From: Candidatus Latescibacterota bacterium | GTDB lineage: Bacteria; Latescibacterota; UBA2968; GCA-2709665 | Direction of reading: 5' to 3' | NCBI GenBank assembly: GCA_963667175.2 | Contig: CAXXXF010000014.1 | Span: 256,001 to 320,000, forward strand | DNA: 64,000 bases | Shown: piece by piece, positions 18,548 through 29,051 of the stretch | How the letters are laid out: each line of letters starts with the position of its first letter | Numbering within the stretch: the first letter of the stretch is position 1 | The notes under the pieces: model-generated | Told to the model about the DNA's origin: nothing | The model's input: only the letters and a program-made list of their open reading frames with translations | The model's database searches: none | Made by a program: the position numbers and the translations under genes

Positions 18548-20525
18548 GTAGAGTCGAGATGTGGCGCGGTGGTTTAGGAGTGGCCTATCTGTTTCCGCCC
18601 CTTTCGTCTGGCGGTGCCTCAATAGCCGCTCCGTGCTCCGTTTCCACGTCCCGCTCATCGAACCGGACGTGCGGATTTACCGCATCCGGCTCTCGGACAA
18701 GGAGTCATGCGTTCGCCCACGGAAGGTTGCGCGCCTGTACTTCCAGCCGGGTCAGGCCCAACGTGTTGTAGAGGACCTGGTCGTGGAAGCGTGACCTTCC
18801 CTTTCCCGGTATTCGGTACTTGTTGCACAACCACCAGCGGAGCCGTTTCCGGGTGTGGCTGTCCACACTCCGATAGGCTTTGCTGGCCAGACCAAGACGG
18901 AAGTAGTTGCCCCACCCTGCCAGCATTCGGTTCAGGTGGGCAATCCGTTCTTGATGGTCTTTCAGCAACCACCGGCGCGCCGTTGCCTCGCTGATGGCCC
19001 GGCAGATGTGCCGGATGGCCTTCTTTGCCGGGCGCGTGCCGATATAGGCCTTTCCCGTCTTTGGCGAGTAACAGCGGCCGATGGTGTAGCCCAGAAAGTC
19101 AAATCGTCCTTCCGGGAGCGTGCATATGCCCGTCTTCTGCTCGTTCACCGTCAACTTAAGCGCTTTCATGATGGATCGCATCGCACGCATCGCTTCTTCT
19201 GCACTGCCGCGACAGCAGATCACAAAATCATCCGCGTAGTTGACAATATGAGCCTCCAGACGTTGCTGATGTCCCCGAAATTGCCATCCCAGAATGAACC
19301 GCCGCATATACAGGTTCGCCAACAGCGGGGAGATCGGGGCGCCTTGCGGTGTCCCCCTTCCCTGATCCTTGTTCGGCGTCGCTCGACGTTTGCGGCCCCG
19401 CTTGTCGGTCTCCTCAATCGGCGCGGTCAGCCACAGCTTGATCAGGCGCAGCATACGCCCGTCACTGATGCGTCGCGCCACCGATTTCATCAACTCGGCA
19501 TGCGGGATCGTGTCGAAGTAGCCGCTCAAGTCGGCGTCGATCACCTGCGTATGGCCGCGGCTCACCAGACTGTGAACCGCATTGATGGCGTCGTGCGCAC
19601 TCCGTTTTGGGCGATACGCATACTGTTCCGCCGGCAGGTCCGCCTCAAAGATCGGCTCCAAGACCAGCATCGCCGCGGTTTGCACCACCCGATCCTTCAC
19701 CGTCGGGATGCCCAACGGCCTTTGCTTCCCGTTCGGCTTGGGGATATATACCCGACGGATCGGAGACACCCGATACGATTTGCTCCTTACGGCTTCCGAC
19801 AGTTCGCCTAACCACCGCTTTTGCCCGTATGACTCGATATCCGCAAACGTCTCGCCGTCCGCGCCCGCCGCGCCGCCGTTGGCCTTGCAGCAGCGGTACG
19901 CATAAAGCAGGATGTCCTCGCGATATACTTTGTCATACAGCGCGTAGAATCGGTAGCCGGGCGATTCCTTCGCTTTGGCATGCAACGTCTTCTGCAACTT
20001 CCGAACCTTTTCCGGAGGTCTTAGGCTCATGCCAATCTCCAGGCTCTCGCTCCTTTGACGTTGCCCTTGAACCAAGGCCCCTTCCCTCCACCGGCATTAC
20101 CCGGCTTCTCGGGTACTACGGGCCTCTCCGCCACCCCACACGGCCCGGCCTGACCCTCACGGGCGTCCGGTTGGTGTCTTTACACCACCGAGGGGGCTTC
20201 CCGTGTTGCGTCGGAACTCCTTGTATACGTGCCTTCGCCATTACCCCGGCGGGACCGTTGGATGCGCGCGTTGCTCTCTTTTTCCAACGACGGCGGCCTT
20301 CCCCGATCCATGGGCGGGTCGGCTCCCGCATTACCTTTTTCGAGGCCTGCTCAGCGTTCACTCACGTTTCGGCCCGCATACTCGCCAGGTCGCCTTGCGA
20401 CCCTCTACACCGGAGGCTTCGGAGATGTCGTTGCCTACGTCCCCGCTCCGATTGCTACCGACCGCAGCAACACTTGTCGGGTGGGACTCTCACCCACTGA
20501 AGTTCCGCGCCTTTTCACGGCGCAC
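18548..20525 (-). mobile_element. Complete group II intron
   Basis: 5' end GTGCG at 20525; domain V GAGCCGGATGCGGTAAATCCGCACGTCCGGTTC; 3' end ...CTCGACTCTAC at 18548; EBS1 CATGGAT (20312-20306) is complementary to exon IBS1 ATCCATG. Confidence 0.92.
18705..20030 (-). CDS. ltrA: Group II intron reverse transcriptase/maturase, no endonuclease domain
   Basis: RRVYIPKPNGKQRPLGIPTVKDRVVQ, DADLSGYFDTIPH, GTPQGAPISPLLAN, NYADDFVI, FDFLGY and X-domain GWGNYF. Confidence 0.95.
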   Translation of the reverse strand: MSLRPPEKVRKLQKTLHAKAKESPGYRFYALYDKVYREDILLYAYRCCKANGGAAGADGETFADIESYGQKRWLGELSEAVRSKSYRVSPIRRVYIPKPNGKQRPLGIPTVKDRVVQTAAMLVLEPIFEADLPAEQYAYRPKRSAHDAINAVHSLVSRGHTQVIDADLSGYFDTIPHAELMKSVARRISDGRMLRLIKLWLTAPIEETDKRGRKRRATPNKDQGRGTPQGAPISPLLANLYMRRFILGWQFRGHQQRLEAHIVNYADDFVICCRGSAEEAMRAMRSIMKALKLTVNEQKTGICTLPEGRFDFLGYTIGRCYSPKTGKAYIGTRPAKKAIRHICRAISEATARRWLLKDHQERIAHLNRMLAGWGNYFRLGLASKAYRSVDSHTRKRLRWWLCNKYRIPGKGRSRFHDQVLYNTLGLTRLEVQARNLPWANA

Positions 20526-20809
20526 CATGGATGGGCAGGATGAACAGGATAAAGACCAAAGAGCAGGACAAATGCTCACGATTCCGGGCAAAACCGATGG
20601 ATCCATACCTCCGTCCGCGGCGCCACACGGTCGGTTCGCGAACCGCCCCTACGAAAAAACGGTCTCTCCGTTTGGCTCCCCCTCTCCCCTTGGGATACGG
20701 GGCCGGGGGGAGAGGTCGCGCACGAGCGGAGAGATATGGATGTTGAATTTGATCTTGGAATTTGACTCAAGCTGACTGCTGACCGCTGACCGCTGAAAGC
20801 TGATAGCTG
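20526..20809. repeat. Cluster of REP-like elements
   Basis: CAGGAT repeat (20526-20550); GGTTCGCGAACCGCCCCTAC (~20633-20652, second copy ~60387-60406); CTCCCCCTCTCCCCTTGGGATACGGGGCCGGGGGAGAGG (~20676-20714); GCTGACC heptamers (20771-20809). Confidence 0.7.
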
Positions 20810-20903
20810 TTTTTCGACTTGGGAAACGTGATTCGCCTTCGTATCTTGTGGGCGCACTCTTCCGCGGTTTTGTGCACGTTGACCTTCAACAAGGAGATCA
20901 TCG

Positions 20904-21929
20904 ATGAAACGGATGACCATTCGTTCGCTTTTCCTTGCGGTGGCCGGGTTTGCCATTACCGGGCTCAGTCACGCAGGCACACTTGACGACGTACGGGCGA
21001 GAGGGCACCTTCAATGCGGCATCAACACAGGGTTGGCGGGCTTTGCTTTTACGGACGATCAAGGGAACTGGAGAGGATTTGACGTCGCGCTGTGTAAAGG
21101 CGTTGCGGCAGCGGTATTTGGCGACGCATCAAAGGTCAAATACACCAACCTGACTGGAAAGACCCGTTTTGAGGCGCTTAAGGCAGGTGAAATTGACGTC
21201 CTCTCGAGGAACACGACGTGGACGTACAGTCGGGACGTCGATCTCAAACTGACTTTTCTGGGCGTGAGTTTCTACGACGGCCAGGGGTTTATGGTTCCCG
21301 CATCGTTAGGCGTCTCCAGCGCAACCGAACTCAGTGGCGCTTCGGTGTGCATCCAGACCGGTACGACGACGGAACTGAACCTGGCCGACTATTTCCGTCG
21401 CAACGATATGAACTACGAGCCTGTTCCAATCGAATCGAATGAAGAAGCGCGTCAGAATTACCTGAGCGGACGATGCGACGTCTATACGACGGACCGTTCG
21501 GGACTTGCCGCAACTCGCGCAGCCCTGGACAATCCCGATGACCACGTCGTCCTGCCGGAGACCATATCCAAAGAACCCCTGGGGCCACTCGTTCGACACG
21601 GCGATGACGAATGGGGTGACGTGGTTCGCTGGGTACTGAACGTTCTGATCATCGCTGAAGAAAAGGGGATCACTTCAGACAACGTCGCTGAAATAGCCGG
21701 TCAGATGAGCAAGGACGCTGAAATCAACAGAATGCTCGGCTCTGAGGGCGAATACGGCGCAATGCTCGGACTGAGCCCGGACTGGGCAGTTAACGTCATT
21801 TCTTCGGTTGGCAACTACGGCCAGATATTCGAACGATATCTCGGTGTGAAAACCGACATCGGACTTGAACGAGGCGTGAATGCTCTGTGGACCGATGGCG
21901 GCTTGCTGTACGCTCCTCCGTACCGCTAA
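20904..21929 (+). CDS. aapJ: General L-amino acid ABC transporter substrate-binding protein
   Basis: Signal peptide; GFDVALC, EIDVLSRNTTWT, GASVCIQTGTTTE, ISKEPLGP, VGNYGQIFER and GGLLYAPP. Confidence 0.9.
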   Translation: MKRMTIRSLFLAVAGFAITGLSHAGTLDDVRARGHLQCGINTGLAGFAFTDDQGNWRGFDVALCKGVAAAVFGDASKVKYTNLTGKTRFEALKAGEIDVLSRNTTWTYSRDVDLKLTFLGVSFYDGQGFMVPASLGVSSATELSGASVCIQTGTTTELNLADYFRRNDMNYEPVPIESNEEARQNYLSGRCDVYTTDRSGLAATRAALDNPDDHVVLPETISKEPLGPLVRHGDDEWGDVVRWVLNVLIIAEEKGITSDNVAEIAGQMSKDAEINRMLGSEGEYGAMLGLSPDWAVNVISSVGNYGQIFERYLGVKTDIGLERGVNALWTDGGLLYAPPYR

Positions 21930-22015
21930 GAAGATAGTGCATGCAATTTGTATGCGCCAACATTGTTCGAGCCCCGACAGAGAAAATTCATCGATTGTTT
22001 TTCCGTGTGAGAGTT

Positions 22016-23173
22016 ATGCTGGGAAACCTCTGGCGTGAAAAAAAGCCTCGGCAACTGATCATTCAGATCGTTGCGATTGTCGCCGCACTGTCGCTACTCG
22101 GCTTCTTCGGTCGGAATGCGCTCAACAACCTCGAACTGATTGGCCGAGACGTCAATTACGCATTTCTGTTCACACCATCCAACTACGACATCAATCAACA
22201 TCTGATCGAATACGACTCGCGCAGCACCCATCTTCGAGCGACCATTGTCGGTGTCATCAATACGGCTCTGGTCGCTTTTTTTGGAATCTTACTCGCAACC
22301 GTTATTGGATTTACCGCGGGTGTCGCGCGCCTGTCCTCGAACTTCCTGGTCAACAGGATTTCTTACGGTTTCGTTGAATTCAGCCGAAACGTTCCGGTTC
22401 TGCTGTGGATACTGTTGTGTCATGGGGTGATTGTTCACAATCTGCCTCACCCCAGGCAGGCATTGTCGGCGTACGATTTGTTTTTCCTGACCAATCGCGG
22501 TGTCTATTCGCCGAAACCTGTATTCGAACCTGCGTTCTGGGGTGTTGTTGCGGCGCTGGCTGTGGCTATTGGCGGCGCCTGTTGTTTTTACCGGTTCGCA
22601 AAACAGAGACAGGAACGGACCGGACAACAGGTTCCCGTGTACTGGACCAACGTCTCAGCGATCATTGCGCTTCCGCTGCTGGCGTTCTGGCTTCTCGGGT
22701 TTCCGGTTGAGTTCGAATTCCCTGCCTTCAAGAGGTTCAACTTTGAAGGCGGGTTGGTCCTGAGTCCGGAGTTTCTCGCATTGACACTTGCGCTCGGGGT
22801 CTATACGGGGGCTTTCATCGCTGAAATTGTCAGATCGGGAATCCTGGCCGTCAGTCACGGCCAGACCGAAGCCGCTTACGCATTGGGTATCAAGCCGAAT
22901 TTCACCATGCGGCTGATCATATTGCCGCAGGCGCTGCGGATTATCGTCCCACCGTTGATCAGCCAGTATCTCAATTTAACCAAGAATTCATCTCTTGCCA
23001 TCGCCGTCGGGTATATGGATATCGTGGCAACGATTGGCGGTATTTCGCTGAACCAGACGGGCCGTGCGTTGGAATGCATGTCCATCGTTCTGGCCATTTA
23101 TCTTTCCATCTCACTGTCGATATCCGCGTTTATGAACTGGTACAACAAGAGAATCTCACTGGTGGAGCGATGA
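22016..23173 (+). CDS. aapQ: Amino acid ABC transporter permease
   Basis: EFSRNVPVLL, AFIAEIVRSGI..GQTEAAYALG and NLTKNSSLAIAVGY. Confidence 0.88.
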   Translation: MLGNLWREKKPRQLIIQIVAIVAALSLLGFFGRNALNNLELIGRDVNYAFLFTPSNYDINQHLIEYDSRSTHLRATIVGVINTALVAFFGILLATVIGFTAGVARLSSNFLVNRISYGFVEFSRNVPVLLWILLCHGVIVHNLPHPRQALSAYDLFFLTNRGVYSPKPVFEPAFWGVVAALAVAIGGACCFYRFAKQRQERTGQQVPVYWTNVSAIIALPLLAFWLLGFPVEFEFPAFKRFNFEGGLVLSPEFLALTLALGVYTGAFIAEIVRSGILAVSHGQTEAAYALGIKPNFTMRLIILPQALRIIVPPLISQYLNLTKNSSLAIAVGYMDIVATIGGISLNQTGRALECMSIVLAIYLSISLSISAFMNWYNKRISLVER

Positions 23174-23177
23174 ACAG

Positions 23178-24296
23178 ATGACCGGGAGTTCGCCCGAGCA
23201 GGAAAACCATCAGGAATTGCCGCCGCCGAGGACCCAGGTTGGCGTCGTCGGTTGGATTCGCGGGAATTTACTTTCGAGCCCGACCGATATCGTACTGACG
23301 GCGTTGTCGATCTACCTGCTGTACGAGTTGATCCCGCCCATTGCCAACTGGATGTTCTTCGACGCGGTATTTGCAGACGTCGAACACCGAAGAGAGTGCC
23401 GGGAAATCGGAGCGGGCGCCTGTTGGGCCGTTGTGTGGAAGCGATTCGATCAGTTTATGTACGGATTCTATCCGGAACATTTACGCTGGCGCGTCAATCT
23501 GACGTTTGGGTTGCTTTTCGTCGCCCTGATCCCGTTGCTGTACGACCGCGTCAAAGGGCGGAGATACCTGCTCCGGTTACCATTGATCTATCCGGTCTTC
23601 GCGTTCTGTATGCTGTGGGGCGGGTGGTTCGGACTGGCGCCTGTCGAGTCATCCAAATTCGGCGGTTTCCTGCTGACAATGCTGATCGGCGTGACTGGAA
23701 TCGTCGTTTCCCTTCCACTTGGCGTTGCGCTGTCGCTGGGACGTCACTCGTCGATGCCGGTTGTCAGGACGCTCAGCATCTGGTACATCGAATTCATCCG
23801 CGGCGTACCGCTGATCACTTTGCTGTTCGTCGCCTCAACGCTGTTGAATTATTTCATGCCGCCCGGCACGTACTTCGATCTGTTGCTTCGCGTCATCATT
23901 ATCGTGATCATGTTTTCGGCTGCATATCTCGCCGAAGTCGTTCGAGGCGGTCTGGCGGCAATTCCGCAGGGACAGTACGAAGCAGCCGATGCGCTGGGTC
24001 TGAACTATGCAAAAAGCATCCGGTTGATCATATTGCCTCAGGCACTGAAAATATCCATACCCGGCATCATGAACACCTTTATCGGACTGTATAAGGATAC
24101 GACCCTGGTCATCGTCGTCGGCCTCCTCGATCCTCTCGGAATCGGCCGCGCGGCGCTTGCCGACTCAAGATGGCAGGGACTATCGACTGAACTGTACATA
24201 TTCGTCGCGATGGGCTTCTTCATCTCATGTTTTGCCATGTCGCGATACTCGCTCTACCTCGAACGGAAGCTGGATACCGGCTACAAGAACGATTAG
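23178..24296 (+). CDS. aapM: Amino acid ABC transporter permease
   Basis: [40 protein letters not shown] and KDTTLV. Confidence 0.88.
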   Translation: MTGSSPEQENHQELPPPRTQVGVVGWIRGNLLSSPTDIVLTALSIYLLYELIPPIANWMFFDAVFADVEHRRECREIGAGACWAVVWKRFDQFMYGFYPEHLRWRVNLTFGLLFVALIPLLYDRVKGRRYLLRLPLIYPVFAFCMLWGGWFGLAPVESSKFGGFLLTMLIGVTGIVVSLPLGVALSLGRHSSMPVVRTLSIWYIEFIRGVPLITLLFVASTLLNYFMPPGTYFDLLLRVIIIVIMFSAAYLAEVVRGGLAAIPQGQYEAADALGLNYAKSIRLIILPQALKISIPGIMNTFIGLYKDTTLVIVVGLLDPLGIGRAALADSRWQGLSTELYIFVAMGFFISCFAMSRYSLYLERKLDTGYKND

Positions 24297-24307
24297 AGGA
24301 TAATCAA

Positions 24308-25087
24308 ATGAACAGTGACGCAACAGACACAGCCGTCAGCGAACGCGACGACCGGATTGCGATCGAAATTACAGACATGCACAAGTGGTTTGGCAAGTTC
24401 CACGTCTTGAACGACATCAATCTCACCGTCGAGCGCGGAGAAAGAATCGTCATCTGCGGTCCCTCGGGCTCCGGCAAGTCAACGCTGATCCGCTGTATCA
24501 ACCACCTGGAGGAACATCAACGCGGGCGCATCACGGTTGACGGTATCTCGCTGACCGACAATCTGAAGAATATCGCGAACATCCGGCGGGAAGTCGGCAT
24601 GGTGTTTCAGCAGTTCAATCTGTTTCCCCACCTGACCGTCCTGGAAAACTGCACGCTGGCGCCAATCTGGGCGAGAAAGATGCCTAAACGGGAGGCTGAA
24701 GAAACAGCGATGCGGTATCTGAAGCGAGTACGGATTCCGGAACAGGCGTCGAAGTATCCCGGGCAACTGTCGGGCGGTCAACAGCAACGGGTCGCAATCG
24801 CCCGCAGCTTGTGCATGAACCCGAAGATCATGCTATTCGACGAACCCACTTCGGCGCTGGACCCGGAGATGATCAAAGAAGTGCTTGACGTGATGATTGA
24901 GCTCGCGAAAAGCGGCATGACCATGCTGGTGGTCACGCACGAAATGGGATTTGCAAAAACCGTCGCCAATCGCGTCATTTTCATGGACGAAGGGCGAATC
25001 ATCGAAGAGAACAGTCCGGACGAGTTCTTCGACAATCCAAAAAACGACCGGACAAAGCTGTTTCTCAGTCAGATACTGACACAATAA
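24308..25087 (+). CDS. aapP: Amino acid ABC transporter ATP-binding protein
   Basis: [33 protein letters not shown] and VTHEMGFA. Confidence 0.92.
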   Translation: MNSDATDTAVSERDDRIAIEITDMHKWFGKFHVLNDINLTVERGERIVICGPSGSGKSTLIRCINHLEEHQRGRITVDGISLTDNLKNIANIRREVGMVFQQFNLFPHLTVLENCTLAPIWARKMPKREAEETAMRYLKRVRIPEQASKYPGQLSGGQQQRVAIARSLCMNPKIMLFDEPTSALDPEMIKEVLDVMIELAKSGMTMLVVTHEMGFAKTVANRVIFMDEGRIIEENSPDEFFDNPKNDRTKLFLSQILTQ

Positions 25088-25297
25088 AGGAAGAAGGAAG
25101 AAGGGAAAAGGAAGAAGGAGGAAGGAAGAACGAAAATGTGTTGGTGACTATTTCGTTTGTGACGACCGTAATCGGAGTCTCATACGAGACCTACTCCCTA
25201 TCCCCCTTCCCGGGGGGAAGGGGGGAACTTTCATCCCTTGAAGTATGCCCGGTTCTGCTCCCCCTCTCCCCCTGGGAGAGGGGGCCGGGGGGAGAGG
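25086..25297. repeat. Purine heptamer run plus two C-run/G-run REP hairpins between convergent genes
   Basis: GGAAGAA-type units at 25089-25130; TCCCCCTTCCCGGGGGGAAGGGGGA at 25201-25225; CTCCCCCTCTCCCCCTGGGAGAGGGGGCCGGGGGGAGAGG at 25258-25297. Confidence 0.65.
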
Positions 25298-25315
25298 TCT
25301 GCATCCCGCCCAACG

Positions 25316-25747
25316 TCACCCCATGTCTTCCGGCGCGACAAGCGCGGCCATCATCTCGGCTTCCGCGACCAGGTCCTCGCCCACGAACGCCCTGCCGGCA
25401 ACGCGGCACACGCTACGCCGTTTCCGCAACACTTCCGCCTCGAGTCGCAGCTGATCGCCCGGCGTTACAGGACGTCTGAACCGGGCCTTGTCGATTCCCA
25501 TGAACATCGGTATCAGGCCGGACGCTTCTCCCATCAAGATACCGGCGGTCTGAGCGAGCGCTTCCACAATCAGCACGCCAGGCATCACGGGCCGCCCCGG
25601 GAAATGGCCGGCGAAGAACGGCTCGTTGGCGCTGACGTTTTTCAGCCCCACCACCCTGCGGTCCGGTTCCAGCTCCAGAATCCGGTCCACCAGCAGAAAC
25701 GGGTACCGATGCGGCAGGATTCTCTGAATCGCGTCTACGTCCAACAC
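25316..25747 (-). CDS. fabZ: 3-hydroxyacyl-ACP dehydratase
   Basis: [33 protein letters not shown] and [11 protein letters not shown]. Confidence 0.95.
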   Translation of the reverse strand: MLDVDAIQRILPHRYPFLLVDRILELEPDRRVVGLKNVSANEPFFAGHFPGRPVMPGVLIVEALAQTAGILMGEASGLIPMFMGIDKARFRRPVTPGDQLRLEAEVLRKRRSVCRVAGRAFVGEDLVAEAEMMAALVAPEDMG

Positions 25748-25792
25748 AGCCTGATCTCCTCTCTCATTCCGGACTCCGGGCAGACCAGAACA

Positions 25793-26371
25793 CTACCGGA
25801 TCGGACCGGCACCTGACCCCGGCCTCTGCCTGTCGCCTGCCTCCAGGTCTTTATTCAACTCGTCCAGCACCTTCTCCGTCAGATCGTAGTCTTCGTTGAA
25901 ATAAACCACGGAGGCCGCATTCAGCACAAAGTCGTAACCGTTTTCCTTGGACACCCGGGAAATCACCTCGTTGACGCGTTTCAGCAACGGCGAAAGCAAT
26001 TCCTGCTGCTTCAGCGCCAGCTTACCCCGCTCCGGATCTGTAATCTGGGCAAGAAACCGCTGCAATTCCTCCTCCTGCCGCTTCAGCGCCTGTTCCTCTT
26101 CCCGCCGCCTGTTCTCCATGTACATCACCTTCTGGCGTTCGAAGGTGGTCTGCTTCTTTCTGTATGCGCTCTCGAGCTTCTTGAGTTCCTTCTGCAGTTC
26201 CCCTTCATACTGGTTGTATTCTCTTTCGGCCTCCTGGAACGGCTTGTATTTCGTCCGAATCTCGTTCGGATCGAAATAGCCGATCTTCGCCTGCGCCCAG
26301 GCCGAGGACGCCACGACCAGACACGCCGTCAGGCCGCATAGGGAAACCAGGAAGCGATATCTGAAATCCAT
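25793..26371 (-). CDS. skp: OmpH/Skp outer-membrane chaperone
   Basis: Signal peptide, AQAKIGYFD, coiled coil, ENGYDFVL and DLTEKVL; directly downstream of bamA. Confidence 0.88.
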   Translation of the reverse strand: MDFRYRFLVSLCGLTACLVVASSAWAQAKIGYFDPNEIRTKYKPFQEAEREYNQYEGELQKELKKLESAYRKKQTTFERQKVMYMENRRREEEQALKRQEEELQRFLAQITDPERGKLALKQQELLSPLLKRVNEVISRVSKENGYDFVLNAASVVYFNEDYDLTEKVLDELNKDLEAGDRQRPGSGAGPIR

Positions 26372-26468
26372 AATGAATCTCCCTCCCACGTTTGGAAACC
26401 ACTTAAAAACTACGAAACACGCGAAAAAAACGAAAAATCCGTAGCTGAATTCAATGGCCGCAAGAGGC

Positions 26469-26558
26469 CTGCATGCAGCGCCTGTCTGCCTGCCTGCAGC
26501 GCAGGGCACTGCGCAGGCAGGCGTACACGCACAGGCAGGCAGGGCACTGCGCATGCAG
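26469..26558. repeat. Triply nested CTG...CAG micro-elements, each with a GC duplication
   Basis: GC[CTGCATGCAGC GC[CTGTCT GC[CTGCCTGCAGCGCAGGGCACTGCGCAGGCAG]GC GTACACGCACAGGCAG]GC AGGGCACTGCGCATGCAG]GC. Confidence 0.85.
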
Positions 26559-26648
26559 GCGCAAAACCACAATGTGGCACGTCAGCCTGGCAATGCCGCA
26601 ATTTTCATCATCGTTGGCGCCCCAACGGGGCATGGCGTGGCAACCGTC

Positions 26649-29045
26649 TTAGAAAAATTGCGGACCGAACTGGAAATGGGTTACCATCTGTGGCTTCTGG
26701 CCATCCACGCGCCGCCTGTCAAAACCCCAGGCGAAGTCAAATCCCATAATGCCGACAACAGGGGCAATCATTCGAAATCCGACGCCCATCGACCGTCTTA
26801 AATCGAAGATACTCGCTTCTGAGATACTGTCCCACGCATTGCCCGCGTCCGCGAACGCGAGGGCGTAGAACTGCTGTTTCACGATGGGCAGGGTGAGTTC
26901 AAGGTTGAAGAGCAGCTGCGAATTCCCTCCGTCCGGAACGCCGCTGATACGCGGACCCAGCGACTGTTCGGGATAGCCGCGAACCATCGTGCCTTCGAAT
27001 ATATTCACACCTCCGGGCACATAACGCTCGTTGAACGGCACGTCGGAACTGTTGTACGGCTTCACGAGACCGAGAGTCGTCTTCAGACTCAACGCGACAC
27101 GCCACGCGACCGGGAAATAGAAGCTGGTGATGAGATCGTGCTTGAAGAAATCCGTATTGCCGCCAAGGGGGCCGCCGGCAATTGTGGGAGAGTAGGAAAA
27201 CACGGATCCGCTGGTGGCGAAAACCGGCAGGTCCCGGCTGTTTCGCGTGAAGTTCAGATTCACGCTGCTGGTGACGTTGTCGCGAAATGCAGTATCGGAG
27301 GCCTGGTCGAAGTCTTCGGCGAAATTCCGGAATTCAACCTGCTGGATGCGGTACCCGATGGAAACCCGTGAGAAATCGGGCCAGACCAGACGGCGTCCAA
27401 CCGTGGCCAGGGCGCCCTGTCTGCGTTCGTCGAAACCGCTGTAGTACCGCCGGGTGGTTCTGAACAGCAGACCGGACAGACTCGTGGGCGTATTCAGCAA
27501 CCAGGGCTCCGTAAAGCCGGCCCTGAACGACTGCCGCCTGTCTCCGAACTCCAGCTGGAATTCCAGTTGCTGCCCGTTGCCCATGAAGTTCGGGACCTGC
27601 AGCGCGACGGTTCCCAGCAGGCCGTCGTACTGGCTGTAACCCGCGCCGACGGACGCCGTGCCCGTGGATTTCTCCTCCACCGCAAATATCACATCCAGTT
27701 CGGATGACTCCTCCACGGGTTTCAGCTCCGGCGCCACGTTGCTGAAATAGTTCAACTGTTGAATATTCCTCATGCTTCGCTCGATGCCGGACCTTCGAAA
27801 GGTCTGGCCCGGGCGTAACCAGAGCTCCCTGCGGATCACCCTGTCTTTTGTCTTCGTATTTCCCGAAATGGTAATCTGCCGAATCTTCCACGGCTTGTTT
27901 TCCACAATGTCGAAATGGACGTTGATCGTGTGCGGCGCCTCCGCCTGTCTTTCCTGGACCGCGACGGAAGCCGTGATATAGCCGATATCGCTGTACAGAT
28001 TCTGGATTTCCACCTGGGATTTGTCCTTGAGCTCGGAACTGTAAACGTCCCCGGCCTTGGCAACGATCATCCTGTCGATACCAGCGTCCCTGACGCGTTC
28101 GTTTCCGTCCCAGGTAATCTTCCCGAACCTGTGCAGAGGTCCCTCATCCAGGTAAATGTCGATAAAGAGATTCGCCTTCGCGTCGTCGTAATACAGGCTG
28201 TCGCGCAGAATCTCGGCGTTGCGGTATCCATTCGACTGGTAAAACGCCAGCAGCGCCTGCTTGTCTTCCTGATAGGTGTCGTCCGCGAACTGGTTCCGGC
28301 GCAGAATGCCCCCGACCTGTTTGGTCTCTTTCATCGCCTTGCGGAGTTTCTTGCCTTCGAACGCCTGATTGCCGAAGAACTGAATTCGGCGCAGCTTCAC
28401 CTTGCGCCCTTCGTTCACGGTGAACGTGAGCAGAACCTGACCCTCTTCATTCGGGTCGCCCTGCTTCCCCTCGACCCCGGCAAGGAGGTATCCCTCTTCC
28501 TTGTAAAGGTCGACGATCTTGTTTTCTGCGCGCCTGACGTCATGCGGCGACAGCCACTGTCTCTCAATGAATGCCAGCGTTTTCTTCAGTTTCTTGGATT
28601 TGATCCCCTTGTTGCCTTCGAAACGGACGTCGTCCAGCTTGGGATGTTCTTCCACGACGATCACAACGGCCACGCCTTCGTCCACGTTCGGATCGGCGTA
28701 GACCTGAATGTCCGAAAAGATGTTCAATCGGTGGAGATTGCGAATCACGCGCGGCGGGTCGTCCGGCAACGTGAGTCGCTGTCCCTCCGCCAGCCCGGAG
28801 GAAAACTTGATCAGCGACGCTTCGGTGATCCGATTGCCCTCGACCCTGATCTCGGTGATGACGGGCGCCTGTTGCGCCGTCGCCGTACCGGGAGACGCAA
28901 AGTCCATCAGCACCAGGAAAACTGCGAAAAAGAATCCGAACAAAGCCGCTCGCCTCCGCAACGCCAGACTGAAATATTCAGAGAATTTCAAACCCGGGCC
29001 CACATCGAACAAACGCTCCGTCAACCCAAAAGTTCCTGCCATCAC
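26649..29045 (-). CDS. bamA: Outer-membrane protein assembly factor BamA (start codon uncertain)
   Basis: POTRA repeats (ITEIRVEGN, GNTKTKDRVIRREL), MVRGY motif, FADAGNAW and C-terminal FQFGPQFF. Confidence 0.93.
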   Translation of the reverse strand: MMAGTFGLTERLFDVGPGLKFSEYFSLALRRRAALFGFFFAVFLVLMDFASPGTATAQQAPVITEIRVEGNRITEASLIKFSSGLAEGQRLTLPDDPPRVIRNLHRLNIFSDIQVYADPNVDEGVAVVIVVEEHPKLDDVRFEGNKGIKSKKLKKTLAFIERQWLSPHDVRRAENKIVDLYKEEGYLLAGVEGKQGDPNEEGQVLLTFTVNEGRKVKLRRIQFFGNQAFEGKKLRKAMKETKQVGGILRRNQFADDTYQEDKQALLAFYQSNGYRNAEILRDSLYYDDAKANLFIDIYLDEGPLHRFGKITWDGNERVRDAGIDRMIVAKAGDVYSSELKDKSQVEIQNLYSDIGYITASVAVQERQAEAPHTINVHFDIVENKPWKIRQITISGNTKTKDRVIRRELWLRPGQTFRRSGIERSMRNIQQLNYFSNVAPELKPVEESSELDVIFAVEEKSTGTASVGAGYSQYDGLLGTVALQVPNFMGNGQQLEFQLEFGDRRQSFRAGFTEPWLLNTPTSLSGLLFRTTRRYYSGFDERRQGALATVGRRLVWPDFSRVSIGYRIQQVEFRNFAEDFDQASDTAFRDNVTSSVNLNFTRNSRDLPVFATSGSVFSYSPTIAGGPLGGNTDFFKHDLITSFYFPVAWRVALSLKTTLGLVKPYNSSDVPFNERYVPGGVNIFEGTMVRGYPEQSLGPRISGVPDGGNSQLLFNLELTLPIVKQQFYALAFADAGNAWDSISEASIFDLRRSMGVGFRMIAPVVGIMGFDFAWGFDRRRVDGQKPQMVTHFQFGPQFF

Positions 29046-29051
29046 CTTAAG

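Noticed and set aside
18705-20030. Reverse transcriptase as a retron, DGR or defence RT
   Set aside because: It sits inside a canonical group II intron (GTGCG start, domain V, AC end, EBS1/IBS1 pairing) and has a maturase domain.
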